DNA of 64,000 bases from Spirochaetia bacterium (GCA_965203905.1 CBDBDQ010000005.1:5376001-5440000); one strand, 5' to 3'; shown: positions 29,580 to 39,849, numbered from the stretch's first letter. Made by a program: numbers and translations. The notes: generated by a model not told the origin, from the sequence alone.

Positions 29580-29737
29580 GCTGCGTCGCCGATTGTGCGC
29601 GGCGCCGCCCGCCGGGTCAACGCCGCTGCCAGTAGCGCTGATCCTCGCCTGACACATCGCCCACGGTGAAGGAGATCAGGGCCGTTGACCGAAGACGATT
29701 GGGCAGCGGCGACCGGTCTTCGTAAGGAAATGAGTGG

Positions 29738-31222
29738 CTATGCCCAGAAGGGCGCGTAGCCGCTGCGCGGATGTGCCGGGTCGGCAGGTTTGATCAGCCC
29801 GCGATCCCGTGCGATGCGAATCACTTGCGACACTTGGGCACTGCTGCGGGCGGCGAGGCCGAAGCGCTGTCGGAGGCTGGAATTGGTCAGCGACCCACGT
29901 TCCAGGAACTTCAACACCGCATGTTGGTAACAGGCTCGTACCCGTTCCTGGACCGACATCTCCCCGAACCTGGCTGGCGCGTAGAGAATCGCGCGGGTCG
30001 CTTCTATGCGTCCGTTTCCTACCTGGAAGTCGGGTGGCGGCATCTGCCGGCGCTCCACGGCCGCCACTACCTTGTCGATACCGGTGCCTTGCTCCTCACA
30101 CAGTTTCATTCGACGCATGAACGCTGCGAGTGCTTCGTTGCGCGAACGCGGTGGAGCGTCGATGAACCGACTCGGACTGATCAATGGGCTGCCTGGATTG
30201 GTGACTTCCAGCCGATTGCTGAACAGCTCGACGGATGGACCGGCGCCGGTGATCGTCATGTCCTGATGAATGAGTGCATTGGCGACCAACTCACGGATTG
30301 CGACCGGAGGGAACCGCGGATGCTCGGTGCGGAATGCCTTTCCGATCTGTTCGTGACTGGGTATCAGCCGGTCGATATAGTCGACCACGCTCACGAACCC
30401 GGCGGCGTAGCCGCGAGGCTCGTCGTACCGGTGGATCACGGTGTCCGCCCGGCTCGGCCCGTCATAGGCGGTAAAGCGTACGGCTTTGCGGGCCACGCTC
30501 GTGTTGAACTGGTCGAGGCGCTTGGCGAACAGTATTGCCCCGAGATGGGTGATGTTCCAGTGGCCTCCGACATCGGAGGCGATAACGCGATCGTGGCTCA
30601 AGCGTTCAATGATTCCTTGCCGGTTGTTCGGTAGCGGTTGCTCGGTAAGGTCGAAGTAGCTGGGATAGTCGATCCGGGCAAGCACCTCTTCTTCGGTCAG
30701 AAAGTTCGCCGCGATCCCGGTTTCCCACAAGAACGGCTGCAGCTTTCTCCAAAGCGCTCTTTGGCGATCCGGATAATCGGCCAGGCGCGGGGTCGCGGAT
30801 CCGATCCGCAGGTACGCGGTGCGGTCGAAGTCCACCGGACTCGAAGTTGCCGCGGGGATCGTCAGCAGCACCAGCCGCCCACGCGGATGCGACACGGTCT
30901 GAAATCGAAACGCCACATCCGGGTTGAGTCGCTGGGCCAGCCAGAACGCCAGCGGCTGGCCGTTTCGTTCCATCGAGTCCGGATCGAAGCTGGTGCCGGT
31001 TATCGAGTGATCGGAGTCCCGAACACCCCAGACCAGATACCCGAATTGGCGTTCTTCGAGGGCGGCGGCATTCGCGAGCGCGGAGATATACTTGCCGATG
31101 ACGACTGGTGCGGAGTTGCTTCCCTTGAACTCGACACAAGCAGTCTCGTTCGAGGCTGCCAGCAAATCATCGATCAGCGCGAGCGTGCGGTTTCTGTTCG
31201 GCGGGTTGGCCGACGCCGGCAT
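29738..31222 (-). CDS. AlbA_2 (Schlafen-like) + HATPase_c_4 + C-terminal wHTH protein
   Basis: ETACVEFK, ISALANAA, YLVWGV.D; AIRELVANALIHQD, RLEVTNPG, RSRNEALA, CEEQGTG. Confidence 0.85.
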   Translation of the reverse strand: MPASANPPNRNRTLALIDDLLAASNETACVEFKGSNSAPVVIGKYISALANAAALEERQFGYLVWGVRDSDHSITGTSFDPDSMERNGQPLAFWLAQRLNPDVAFRFQTVSHPRGRLVLLTIPAATSSPVDFDRTAYLRIGSATPRLADYPDRQRALWRKLQPFLWETGIAANFLTEEEVLARIDYPSYFDLTEQPLPNNRQGIIERLSHDRVIASDVGGHWNITHLGAILFAKRLDQFNTSVARKAVRFTAYDGPSRADTVIHRYDEPRGYAAGFVSVVDYIDRLIPSHEQIGKAFRTEHPRFPPVAIRELVANALIHQDMTITGAGPSVELFSNRLEVTNPGSPLISPSRFIDAPPRSRNEALAAFMRRMKLCEEQGTGIDKVVAAVERRQMPPPDFQVGNGRIEATRAILYAPARFGEMSVQERVRACYQHAVLKFLERGSLTNSSLRQRFGLAARSSAQVSQVIRIARDRGLIKPADPAHPRSGYAPFWA

Positions 31223-31305
31223 GACTTCTCGAACCTAATTTCGAACCCCGCCGACGTCAAGCAAGTGGCCGGGACGATCGGGCCGCGAGCCGCGATGGAA
31301 CGCCG

Positions 31306-32280
31306 TCAGTGGATGGCGAACAGGTCCTGGGCGTTGCCGGCGTAGATGCGGGCCAGGTCGTCGGGCGGAAGGCCGAGCTGGTCGAGGGCCTCCGTCAGCA
31401 GGCGGATCTCCACCCATGGGTGGTCACTGCTGAACAGCATCCGTTCCGAGCCGGCGAACTCGTGCACCAGGCGCAGCGCCGGCGGCCAGGGCGAGGCGGT
31501 GTCCAGGTACACGCGCCGGTACAGCTCGGTGGCGGGGCGCGTGATGCGTTCGGTGCCGCGGCCCATCACCTCGGTCTGGTGGCGGATGCGGCCCCAGAGG
31601 TAGGGCAGCACGCCGCCGCAGTGCGGCTGCACGACCTGCAGGCGGGGAAAGCGTTCCAGCACGCCGCTCAGGACCAGGCGCATGGCGGCGAAGCTGTGGT
31701 CGACCATCAGGCCCGCCATGGTGATCATCGAATAATCGGCTATCTCCGCGCCCCAGGGGGGCACGCACGGGTGCAGCACCAGCGGCAGCCCCCGCGCTTC
31801 CAGCCGGGCGTAGATCGGCAGGTACGCGGCGCCGTCCACCGGCCCGCTGCCGACGTGGGAGTAGAGCATGACCCCGCGCAGGCCCAGCTCGCCGGCGGCG
31901 CGCTCCAACTCCGCCAGTGCCGCGTCCGGCACCTGCCACGGCAGGCAGGCCAGGCCGGCCAGGCGCTGCGGGTGGCGCGCGCAGGCGGCGGCCAGTTCCT
32001 CGTTGCAGGCGCGGGCCGCCGCAACCCCCACCTCCGGCTCCAGCAGCTCCGGTCCCGGCATGTTGACGCTGATCACGCTCACGTCGATGCCGGCAGCATC
32101 CATGGCCCGCAGCTTGGTGGCCACCGAGTACTGCTCGCGTTCCATGCGGAACGTCTGCATGCCCGGGTAGGAGACGGTGTACGCGTCGTCGTCGACTCGG
32201 GTCAGGGGAGGGCGCCGGTTCCGGGCCAGGGCTTCGGCGTATGCCGGCGGCAGGATGTGGCTCTGGCAATCGATCTTCAT
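31306..32280 (-). CDS. Amidohydrolase family 2 (ACMSD/decarboxylase-like)
   Basis: IDCQSH, MDAAGID, LVLHP, PHCGG.LP, YLDT, MLFSSDHPW. Confidence 0.88.
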   Translation of the reverse strand: MKIDCQSHILPPAYAEALARNRRPPLTRVDDDAYTVSYPGMQTFRMEREQYSVATKLRAMDAAGIDVSVISVNMPGPELLEPEVGVAAARACNEELAAACARHPQRLAGLACLPWQVPDAALAELERAAGELGLRGVMLYSHVGSGPVDGAAYLPIYARLEARGLPLVLHPCVPPWGAEIADYSMITMAGLMVDHSFAAMRLVLSGVLERFPRLQVVQPHCGGVLPYLWGRIRHQTEVMGRGTERITRPATELYRRVYLDTASPWPPALRLVHEFAGSERMLFSSDHPWVEIRLLTEALDQLGLPPDDLARIYAGNAQDLFAIH

Positions 32281-32401
32281 GCGGGTTGCCGCGCCGAGCA
32301 TGCCGTTGCGGGGGAACGGCCGCAACCCCATGCATCGCGCCGTGCGCCGGCGCCAAACCGCGCGCTTGTCGGCAGCCACGCAAGCCCATAGAGTGGAGCC
32401 G

Positions 32402-33196
32402 ATGACGGCCACCCAGAAATACCTGTTCGACCTGCACGGTTTCGTGATCGTCGAGGACGTGCTCGACGACGCGCAGTGCGAGCTCGCCAAGGCCAAGATC
32501 GGGGAGCGGATGCAGCCGATGGAACAGACTCCCGACGGCTACGACGCGCGCGGCACCTGGTTCCGCGCCGCTCACCTGGTCAACGCCGGCGAGCCGTTCA
32601 CCACCCTGATCGATCACCCGAAGCTGCTGGAGGTGCTCAGCGAGATCATCGGCCCCAAGCTGCGCCTGGAGAGCCACTACAGCCTCGTCCGCACCAAGGG
32701 GTGTCCGCCATTCGAGATGCACGGCGGACACCGCGGCGGGCGCGTCAATTTCCGCTACTACGTCCAGGGCGACCGGATCTTCACCGGACTCACGGTGGTG
32801 GCGTTCGCGCTGCAGGAGATCGACGCGGCGGACGGCGGCTTCGCCTGCATCCCGGGCTCGCACAAGTCCGACTTCCCGGTGCCGGAGGAGGATCGAGCGC
32901 GGCTGTTCGCGGTGGACGGGCCGCTGGTGCGCAACATCGCCTCGCCCAAGGGGTCGGCGATCATCTTTACCGAGACCCTGGCCCACGGCGCCAACACCTG
33001 GCAGGCCGAAGAACCCCGCTACGGCCTGTTCTACAAGTACAACGACCGCGCCGCCACCTATCACTACCAGGGGGATCGCATCCCCTGCGCGGAGGTGATG
33101 GCGACTCTGTCGCCAGCCCAACGCAGCTTCTTCAACACCACCTGGGAGGCGTTCGGACCGCCCGATAACTTCCTCAACGAACAGCCGGAGGCGTGA
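32402..33196 (+). CDS. Phytanoyl-CoA dioxygenase (PhyH) family protein
   Basis: YLFDLHGF, MHGG, DGGFACIPGSHK, GSAIIFTETLAHG. Confidence 0.85.
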   Translation: MTATQKYLFDLHGFVIVEDVLDDAQCELAKAKIGERMQPMEQTPDGYDARGTWFRAAHLVNAGEPFTTLIDHPKLLEVLSEIIGPKLRLESHYSLVRTKGCPPFEMHGGHRGGRVNFRYYVQGDRIFTGLTVVAFALQEIDAADGGFACIPGSHKSDFPVPEEDRARLFAVDGPLVRNIASPKGSAIIFTETLAHGANTWQAEEPRYGLFYKYNDRAATYHYQGDRIPCAEVMATLSPAQRSFFNTTWEAFGPPDNFLNEQPEA

Positions 33197-33996
33197 TGTC
33201 ACAGGATGAATTCGTGCCGGTCGGGCCACAGCACATGCCGGACGGCATCACGCTGCCGATTCACGGTCCCGACTTCGCGCGTGCGGAACCGGAGTTGATC
33301 GCGCAGCTCGAACGCGTCAGCGCTGCCACGGCGGCGGCCGGGCTGCACGGAATGGGGGTGCGCCAGAGCTTCATCGCCGGCCCGGTGGCGCGCCTGCCGG
33401 GGAGCAGGGCGGTCGGCACTGCCGTGACCCTGCAGTTCATGCCGCAACGGGAAGACATCGCCAGCGGCATGGAGCAGGAGCACGCGGAGAAGGTGAGCGC
33501 GCTGTGGCGGGTGCTGGACGAGATCCGCCCCGGCGACGTGCTGGTGGTGCAGGCCTACGGCGACCCCTATACCGGTTGTCTCGGCGAGATGCTGATCACC
33601 TACCTGAAGGGGCGCGGCGGCGTCGGGCTGGTGGTGGACGGCTGCATCCGCGACTGGCCCCAGGTGCGCTCCATCGGCCTGCCCCTGTGGACCGTGGGGG
33701 TGACCCCGCACTACGCCTCGCAGGGCACGCTGTTCCCATGGGCCTACAACGTGCCGGTGGCCGTGAGCCGGGTGCTGGCGCTGCCGGGTGACATCGTGAT
33801 CGCCGATGACGACGGCGCGGTGATCGTGCCGCGCAAGATGGCCGCCGACCTGGCCACGGCCACCGTCGCCCACGAGGAGTGGGAGGAGTTCAGCCGCATC
33901 AAGCTGGCGGAGGGAGGCTCCATCGGCACCTACTACCCGCTGAACGAGCAGGGCCGGCGCGAATACGAGCAGTGGCGCGCCGAACGCTCCACCTGA
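33193..33996 (+). CDS. RraA / HMG-CHA aldolase family protein
   Basis: GTAVTLQFMP.RED, GEML, VDGCIRD, PGDIVIADDDGAV. Confidence 0.85.
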   Translation: MMSQDEFVPVGPQHMPDGITLPIHGPDFARAEPELIAQLERVSAATAAAGLHGMGVRQSFIAGPVARLPGSRAVGTAVTLQFMPQREDIASGMEQEHAEKVSALWRVLDEIRPGDVLVVQAYGDPYTGCLGEMLITYLKGRGGVGLVVDGCIRDWPQVRSIGLPLWTVGVTPHYASQGTLFPWAYNVPVAVSRVLALPGDIVIADDDGAVIVPRKMAADLATATVAHEEWEEFSRIKLAEGGSIGTYYPLNEQGRREYEQWRAERST

Positions 33997-34062
33997 CCGC
34001 GGCATCCGGCCGCGCGGCCCGGCCCTCGACGCGGCACCGCTGACGCGATTACCTTCGCGGCC

Positions 34063-35082
34063 ATGCAGTATCGTCCTCTGGGGAGCACCGGGGTGCAGGT
34101 GTCGGCGTTGTGCCTGGGTACCGCGTTCCGCGGCTTGCGCCGCGGCGTACGCGGCGAGCAGGAGTGCGTGGCCACCTTCGAGCGCGCCGTCGACCTGGGT
34201 TGCAACTTCTTCGACTGCGCCAACTTCTACGGCCATGGCGAATCCGAGGAACTGGTGGGCCGCCTGGTACGACGGCTCGGGGTGCGCGAGCGACTGGTGC
34301 TCACCAGCAAGGTGGGGCAGCCGATGGGGGAGGGACCCAACCGCGGCGGTCTCTCGCGGCGCTACATCATGGCCGAGATCGACCGCACCCTGCGGCGTAT
34401 GCAGACCGACTACCTGGACGTGTACTTCATGCATGTGCCGGATCCGGCGACCCCACTGGAAGAGAGCGTGCGGGCGCTGCACGACCTGGTGGCGGCGGGC
34501 AAGGCGCGTTACATCGGGGTGAGCAACCACCACCCGACCGAGCTGGTCGAGCTGCTGTGGATCGCGGACGCCCTCGGCCTGCACCGGCCGGCGGTGTTGC
34601 AGTATCCCTACAGCCTGGTGCAGCGCTGGCTGGTCGAGCAGGAGATCGCGCCGCTGTGCCGGCGCTTCGGACTCGGACTGATCGCCTACAGCCCGCTGGC
34701 GGTAGGCCTGCTCACCGGCGAGGTGGGCGACGCCGGCCGGATAGCGGCCGACAGCCACTGGGCGGCGCACCCGCACGCGGCGGAGATGCTGCGGGTCACC
34801 GCACCGCTCCGGGCCGTGCTCGAAGCCGTGGCGCGGGACGAGGAGCGTACCCCGGCGCAGGTGGCGGTGGCCTGGCTGCTGGCCAACCCGGCGCTCAGCG
34901 CCCCGATCCTCGGCGCCGAGCTTCCGGCCCACGTGGACGAGCTGTTCGCCACCGCGAGCTGGGAGCTTCCGGCCGCGGCAAAGGCGCGGCTGGACGCCAC
35001 CGCGATGGAGTCAGACCCGCGGGCGGCAATGCCCGCCCTCTACGGCGACCACCCGCGCCAGCGCGTGCCTCCCCGCCGCTGA
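34063..35082 (+). CDS. Aldo/keto reductase
   Basis: LG.TG..VS.LCLGT, FDCANFYG.G.SE, TDYLDVY..H, AYSPLA.GLL. Confidence 0.92.
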   Translation: MQYRPLGSTGVQVSALCLGTAFRGLRRGVRGEQECVATFERAVDLGCNFFDCANFYGHGESEELVGRLVRRLGVRERLVLTSKVGQPMGEGPNRGGLSRRYIMAEIDRTLRRMQTDYLDVYFMHVPDPATPLEESVRALHDLVAAGKARYIGVSNHHPTELVELLWIADALGLHRPAVLQYPYSLVQRWLVEQEIAPLCRRFGLGLIAYSPLAVGLLTGEVGDAGRIAADSHWAAHPHAAEMLRVTAPLRAVLEAVARDEERTPAQVAVAWLLANPALSAPILGAELPAHVDELFATASWELPAAAKARLDATAMESDPRAAMPALYGDHPRQRVPPRR

Positions 35083-35119
35083 GCAACGGTCGGGCAAAGC
35101 CATCGAGGCAGGTGCGAGC

Positions 35120-36010
35120 ATGAGCGATTCCTGGGGCGACAAGATGGAGCGTCTAAGTCTGACGCGCCGCCACTACCACAATGACGACTACCTCCGATTC
35201 CTGGTGGATTCGGTATGGAAGCTCCATGGACCCCGTAGTCTGGTGGACTTCGGTTGCGGGTCCGGTTATCTGGGCCTCAAGCTGCTGCCGCTGCTGCCGG
35301 TAGGGAGCACCTATACCGGAATCGACTCCTCTCCACGACTACTCGCGCAGGCACGGTCCACCTTCGCCGGCGCGCCGTGGGCGACAGAGTTCGTACTTGC
35401 CGACATTCGCGATGTCCCGCTCCCCGACAGCAGCTTCGACGTCGCTGTGTCCCATTCCTCCCTGATGCATCTATCGCGGCCAACACAGGGAGTCGCGGAG
35501 ATGGTGCGACTCACGCGCAGTGGTGGCCTGGTGATCGCTTGCGAATCCAACTGGAACGGTTTCAATGCCATGAATCACGTTGCAGAGCTGGATGAACTCG
35601 CGATCAAGGATCTCGGATTCCTGCAACGCCTGTTCGCTCGCGACCGGGAGATTGATGGCCGCGACGGCAATCTCGGCGTCAAGATGCCGGTGCTCCTCCA
35701 CAAGGCGGGTCTCATCGAAGTCGACGCCCGAGTCACCGATGCCGTGCGCTGCTGCTTGCCTCCCTTGGATACGGCCGAGAAGAACGCACGGTACGAGGCC
35801 CTACGCGCTGATGGCCTGGCAGGGGCCGTCGGCGAGGAGAAGGCTCGTCAGATGCGGGAGCGCTTTCTCATGCGCGGTTTCTCAGCGGAAGAAGCAGAAG
35901 AGGAGATCCGCAGAGCGATGCACCAGGCTGAACAGTTCGCCGAATCCGGACGAGATTTTCACATTGTTTCACCGCTGGTGATGATGTTCAGCTTTGGCAG
36001 AATTCCCTGA
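35120..36010 (+). CDS. Class I SAM-dependent methyltransferase
   Basis: VDFGCGSG motif I, YTGIDSS, SFDVAVSH. Confidence 0.88.
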   Translation: MSDSWGDKMERLSLTRRHYHNDDYLRFLVDSVWKLHGPRSLVDFGCGSGYLGLKLLPLLPVGSTYTGIDSSPRLLAQARSTFAGAPWATEFVLADIRDVPLPDSSFDVAVSHSSLMHLSRPTQGVAEMVRLTRSGGLVIACESNWNGFNAMNHVAELDELAIKDLGFLQRLFARDREIDGRDGNLGVKMPVLLHKAGLIEVDARVTDAVRCCLPPLDTAEKNARYEALRADGLAGAVGEEKARQMRERFLMRGFSAEEAEEEIRRAMHQAEQFAESGRDFHIVSPLVMMFSFGRIP

Positions 36011-36020
36011 GCGACCGCTA

Positions 36021-36896
36021 CTAACCGGCGTAGGGAACGGCGGGCAGGCCGCGGACGCCGGGCACCACCTTCACCAGGGAGCCGGCCAGCGGCTGCGCCG
36101 CGCGCTCGGCCTCGCTCAGGCGCAGACAGGCGGAGGTGATGTACAGGTCGGTCAGGTCGCGGCCGCCGAAGGCGCAGGAGGTGACGTTGCTCATCGGCAG
36201 GTCGACGGTGGCCAGCAACTCACCGTTTTCGGGATGGTACCGGCGCACCGCACTGCCGCCGAAGATGGCGATCCACAGCATGCCCTCCTCGTCCATGGTC
36301 ATGCCGTCGAAGTGGCCGCTGCCGCCGTTGGTCACCGTGACCCGCTCATTGCTGATGGCGCCGCTGTCCAGATCGTAGTCGTAGGCGCGCACGTCGTTGC
36401 GGCCGGTGTCCACGTAGTACATGGTGTGCTGGTCCTGGCTCCAGACGATGCCGTTGGAGATGGAGACGCCGCCGAACTTGCGGGTCACGGTACCATCCAG
36501 TTCGAGACAGTAGAGGGCGCCGAGGCCCGGCGTGCCGTCGAACTCCATGGTGCCGGCCCACAGGCGGCCGGCGGGGTCGCACTTGCCGTCGTTGAAGCGG
36601 TTGCCCGGTTTGTCCCGTTCCGGGTCGGCGATGGGGCGCATCAGGCCGCTGTCCGGGTCGAGGCTGGCAAAGCCGTTGTGGAGTGCTACGATCACGCCGC
36701 CCGAGGCGCGCGGCACCACGGTGCCGACCGCCTGCAGGGTGTCGATGGAGCGGTTCTCGCCGCTCACGGGGTCGTACACGAACAGCTTCTGGCCGATGAT
36801 GTCGACCCAGTACAGCACCTGCCGCTCGGAGTCCCAGATCGCACCTTCGCCAACCACCGACCGCCGCTGCACTATCGTCTCTATCTCCCACGCCAT
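36021..36896 (-). CDS. SMP-30/gluconolactonase family sugar lactonase
   Basis: GEGAIWD, RFNDGKCDPAGRLWAGTM, ISNG, DGMTMDEEG.LW, TSCAFGG. Confidence 0.92.
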   Translation of the reverse strand: MAWEIETIVQRRSVVGEGAIWDSERQVLYWVDIIGQKLFVYDPVSGENRSIDTLQAVGTVVPRASGGVIVALHNGFASLDPDSGLMRPIADPERDKPGNRFNDGKCDPAGRLWAGTMEFDGTPGLGALYCLELDGTVTRKFGGVSISNGIVWSQDQHTMYYVDTGRNDVRAYDYDLDSGAISNERVTVTNGGSGHFDGMTMDEEGMLWIAIFGGSAVRRYHPENGELLATVDLPMSNVTSCAFGGRDLTDLYITSACLRLSEAERAAQPLAGSLVKVVPGVRGLPAVPYAG

Positions 36897-36974
36897 AGTG
36901 GTCGAATCATAGTATGAGGCACCCATCCGGCACCAGGGTTGTTGTGGTAGAGTGTGCCCGCGCAAGGAGAAAAC

Positions 36975-37697
36975 ATGGCAGAACAACGATCATTCAAGGA
37001 ACGTATCCGATCCGGGGAGCGGCTCTTCGGCGCTTCCATTCCGATGCACGCGGACGTCGACTGGCTGCGCGGCATCGTGGCCCGCCGCCCGTACGACTTC
37101 GTCTCGGTCGATGCCCAGCACTCGGCGTTCAGCGAGCACACCCTGGAGGCGTTCTGCGCCGCGGCGGGGGAGGTGGGCGTGCCGGTCTGGTTCCGCATCA
37201 AGCACACGCGTTTCACCTTTCTGGTGGGCAACTACCTGGACCTCGGGCCGCACGCCATCGAGATTCCGCAGGTGGAGCAGGTAGCCACGGTGGACGAGGC
37301 GGTGGCCAACTTCTACTATCCGCCGCGCGGCGTACGCAGTTGGGGCGGACGGGCGCGGGTCGGATTCGCCAACCAGAGCCTGGAGGAGTACGCGGCGCTG
37401 TGGGAGCGCACCGGTGCGCTGGCGATGCAGATCGAATCGGTGGCCGCCACCACCGCGGCGCGGCGGCTGGCGCGCGACGGCGTCGACTTCTTCACCATCG
37501 GCCCGGCCGACATGACCCTCGACCTGCGCCGGCACCCCAACCACGCGCTGCAGAGTGTCGACGACTGCGTCCGCTACCTGGTGCGTGAGCTGGAGGGCAC
37601 GGGAATCCACGTCTGCATGCGCACCAGTGCCGCCGACGATCCCACCCCCTATCACGACATGGGGGTCACGATGATCCTGGAGGCGGGAGTGAGCTGA
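36975..37697 (+). CDS. HpcH/HpaI-family class II aldolase
   Basis: DFVSVDAQHS, YPPRGVRS, QIES, IGPADM. Confidence 0.85.
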   Translation: MAEQRSFKERIRSGERLFGASIPMHADVDWLRGIVARRPYDFVSVDAQHSAFSEHTLEAFCAAAGEVGVPVWFRIKHTRFTFLVGNYLDLGPHAIEIPQVEQVATVDEAVANFYYPPRGVRSWGGRARVGFANQSLEEYAALWERTGALAMQIESVAATTAARRLARDGVDFFTIGPADMTLDLRRHPNHALQSVDDCVRYLVRELEGTGIHVCMRTSAADDPTPYHDMGVTMILEAGVS

Positions 37698-37718
37698 GCG
37701 TGCGCCGGCGCGGGCCGA

Positions 37719-38537
37719 TCACCTGAGGGCTGCGCCGCCGTCCACGGTGATGGCGGAGCCGGTGATCATGTCGGCCGCGTCGGAGGCGAGGAAGGCGAAC
37801 GCTTCGGCGATCTCTTCCGGCTGATTGAGGCGTCCCAACGGCGTCGCCCCGCGGCGGCGCTCGTAGTTGGCCGGGTTGTCGATCGAGGTGGACCAGTCGT
37901 TGGGGCTGTAGTCGCTGGAGCCGCGGATGAAGGGCGTGTCGACGTGGCCCGGATTCACTTGGCAGCAGCGGATGCCGTCGGCGGCGTAAGCGCCGGCGGT
38001 GGCCCTGGTGAGGGCATTGACCCCGAACTTGCTGCAGGTGTAGGCGGGGGCGCCGCCGCCGGCGCGCAGCGAGGCCAGCGAGCCGACGCTGATGATGCAG
38101 CCGCCACCGGCGCGGCGCATCGCCGGCACCACCGCCTTGATGCCGATGAAGATGCCGGTCAGGTTCAACTCCAGGATGCGCCGGAACTGCGCCACCGTCA
38201 TCGCGTCGTAGCTCACCCGGTGGTTGCCGCCGGCCAGGTAGCACATGGTGGTCAACGAACCGAAACGGCGCTCCACCTGCTCCACGGCCGCCTGCCACGT
38301 CTCGGGCTCGGTGACGTCGAGCGCCAACGCAAGCGCCTCGCAGCCCGCGGTCGTCAGCTCCGCGGCCACCGTCTCGGCGGCGTCGATTCGCCGGTCGGCC
38401 ACCGCGACCCGCGCCCCGGCAGCAGTGAACCGGCTCGCCACGGCCGATCCCATGGCCCCGGCGCCGCCTGCCACCAACGCCACCTTTCCGTCCAGCCGCC
38501 GGCGGCTGTCTTCCTGCGCGCTGCGGTCCGCTCCCAT
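37719..38537 (-). CDS. Short-chain dehydrogenase/reductase
   Basis: VAGGAGAMG, YTCSK (YxxxK), NPGHVDT, ITG..ITVDGG. Confidence 0.92.
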   Translation of the reverse strand: MGADRSAQEDSRRRLDGKVALVAGGAGAMGSAVASRFTAAGARVAVADRRIDAAETVAAELTTAGCEALALALDVTEPETWQAAVEQVERRFGSLTTMCYLAGGNHRVSYDAMTVAQFRRILELNLTGIFIGIKAVVPAMRRAGGGCIISVGSLASLRAGGGAPAYTCSKFGVNALTRATAGAYAADGIRCCQVNPGHVDTPFIRGSSDYSPNDWSTSIDNPANYERRRGATPLGRLNQPEEIAEAFAFLASDAADMITGSAITVDGGAALR

Positions 38538-38558
38538 TGAATGCCTCCTCGCGACCCT

Positions 38559-39677
38559 CTAACGGGTGAACGACTGCTGTATCTGCTCCGGCGTGCGATG
38601 CTCGTACTCCAGGGCGCCGGTCTCCAGGATCGGGTGCGCCGCGGCCTCGCGCTCGTCCAGCTCCACCCCCAGGCCGGGCGCGTCCGGTACCGCGATGCTG
38701 CCGCCGCACTCCGGCACGCTGCCTGGCGCGACTGCTGCCCGCCACGGCACGTCGTCCGCCATGTGCTCCAGGAAGAAGGCATTGGGGATGGCGGCCAGCA
38801 CGTGCACGTTGGCCATCTCCACCACCGGACCCACGGAGCCGTCGTGGGGCGCCACCTTCACCGCCTGCGCCTCGGCCATCGCGGCCAGCTTGTGCAGCTC
38901 CGTGATGCCGCCGAGGCGCGTGGTCTCGGGCTGCACGATGTCCACCAGGTTGCGCGCCAGCAGCTCGCTGAACGCCCACTTGGTGGCGAACCGCTCGCCG
39001 GTGGCCAGCGGTACCGAGACCTTGGCCGCCACCTTTGCCAGCGCCTCGATGTTCTCCGGCACCACCGGATCCTCGAAGAACATGGGACGGTACGGCTCGC
39101 AGGCGCGGCCGAGCTGAATCGCCGCCGCCGGGGTGAACTCGGCGTGGCAGTGGACCCCGATCTCCACCTCGTCCCCGAGCGCGCCGCGCAGTTCGGCCAG
39201 CAGGGCGGCGGAGGGTGGGCACTTGAAGGCGCGGTAGCCACGTGCCACCAGCGCCTGCGCGCTCTCCACGGAGCCGGCGTGGCCGTAGACCTCGATGGCG
39301 TCGCGCAGCTTGCCGCCGAGCAACTGGTACACCGGCACGCCCAGCGCTTTGCCCTTGATGTCCCACAGGGCCATGTCGATGGCGCTGATCGCGCCCCCGC
39401 GCACCGCCCCGGTCACACCGTGCCCGTGCAGGATGTCGTACAGCTTGAACCACAGCCTGGTGCTGGCAAAGGGGTCCTCGCCGATCAGAAAGTGGGCCAG
39501 CTCGTCGATCGCCTTGGCCACCACCACCGGCCAGCCGCCGCCTTCGCCGACCCCGGTCACGCCGGCGTCGGTGTAGACCTTCACGAACAGCCAGTTGCGC
39601 CCGCGCGGCCGGCTGGCGCTCCGCGCGGACGGCTCCTCGGCGCTCACCAGAAACGTCTTGACTCCGGTAATCTTCAT
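38559..39677 (-). CDS. Mandelate racemase/enolase superfamily sugar-acid dehydratase (galactonate dehydratase-like)
   Basis: RNWLFVKVYTDAG.TG.GE, ISAIDMALWDIKGK..GVPVYQLLGG, FFEDP, ATGER. Confidence 0.9.
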   Translation of the reverse strand: MKITGVKTFLVSAEEPSARSASRPRGRNWLFVKVYTDAGVTGVGEGGGWPVVVAKAIDELAHFLIGEDPFASTRLWFKLYDILHGHGVTGAVRGGAISAIDMALWDIKGKALGVPVYQLLGGKLRDAIEVYGHAGSVESAQALVARGYRAFKCPPSAALLAELRGALGDEVEIGVHCHAEFTPAAAIQLGRACEPYRPMFFEDPVVPENIEALAKVAAKVSVPLATGERFATKWAFSELLARNLVDIVQPETTRLGGITELHKLAAMAEAQAVKVAPHDGSVGPVVEMANVHVLAAIPNAFFLEHMADDVPWRAAVAPGSVPECGGSIAVPDAPGLGVELDEREAAAHPILETGALEYEHRTPEQIQQSFTR

Positions 39678-39729
39678 CGTGGCACGCCGCCAAGCTACGG
39701 CCCGAGAGTGTAGATGCTGACGCCACAGC

Positions 39730-39759
39730 TTGACAATCCGGACGCGCCCGCCCTACGTT
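39730..39759 (+). promoter_or_regulatory. Sigma70-like promoter of the tRNA gene
   Basis: TTGACA (39730-39735), 18-nt spacer, TACGTT, 18 nt upstream of the tRNA. Confidence 0.5.
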
Positions 39760-39777
39760 AGTTTGGTCAGTAGACAC

Positions 39778-39849
39778 GGCCCCTTCGTCTATCGGCTAGG
39801 ACATGAGACTCTCATTCTCAAAAGAGGGGTTCGATTCCCCTAGGGGCTA
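39778..39849 (+). tRNA. trnE: tRNA-Glu (anticodon CTC)
   Basis: Acceptor GGCCCCT/AGGGGCT, anticodon arm TGAGA-CTCTCAT-TCTCA, T-arm AGGGG-TTCGATT-CCCCT. Confidence 0.95.

Noticed and set aside
31424-33229. Long alternative-frame ORFs (e.g. 601 aa here, 703 aa at 37666-39777, 577 aa at 33199-34932, 562 aa at 13696-15384)
   Set aside because: Arg/Gly/Ala/Pro-rich shadow frames overlapping well-supported genes; expected at this GC content.
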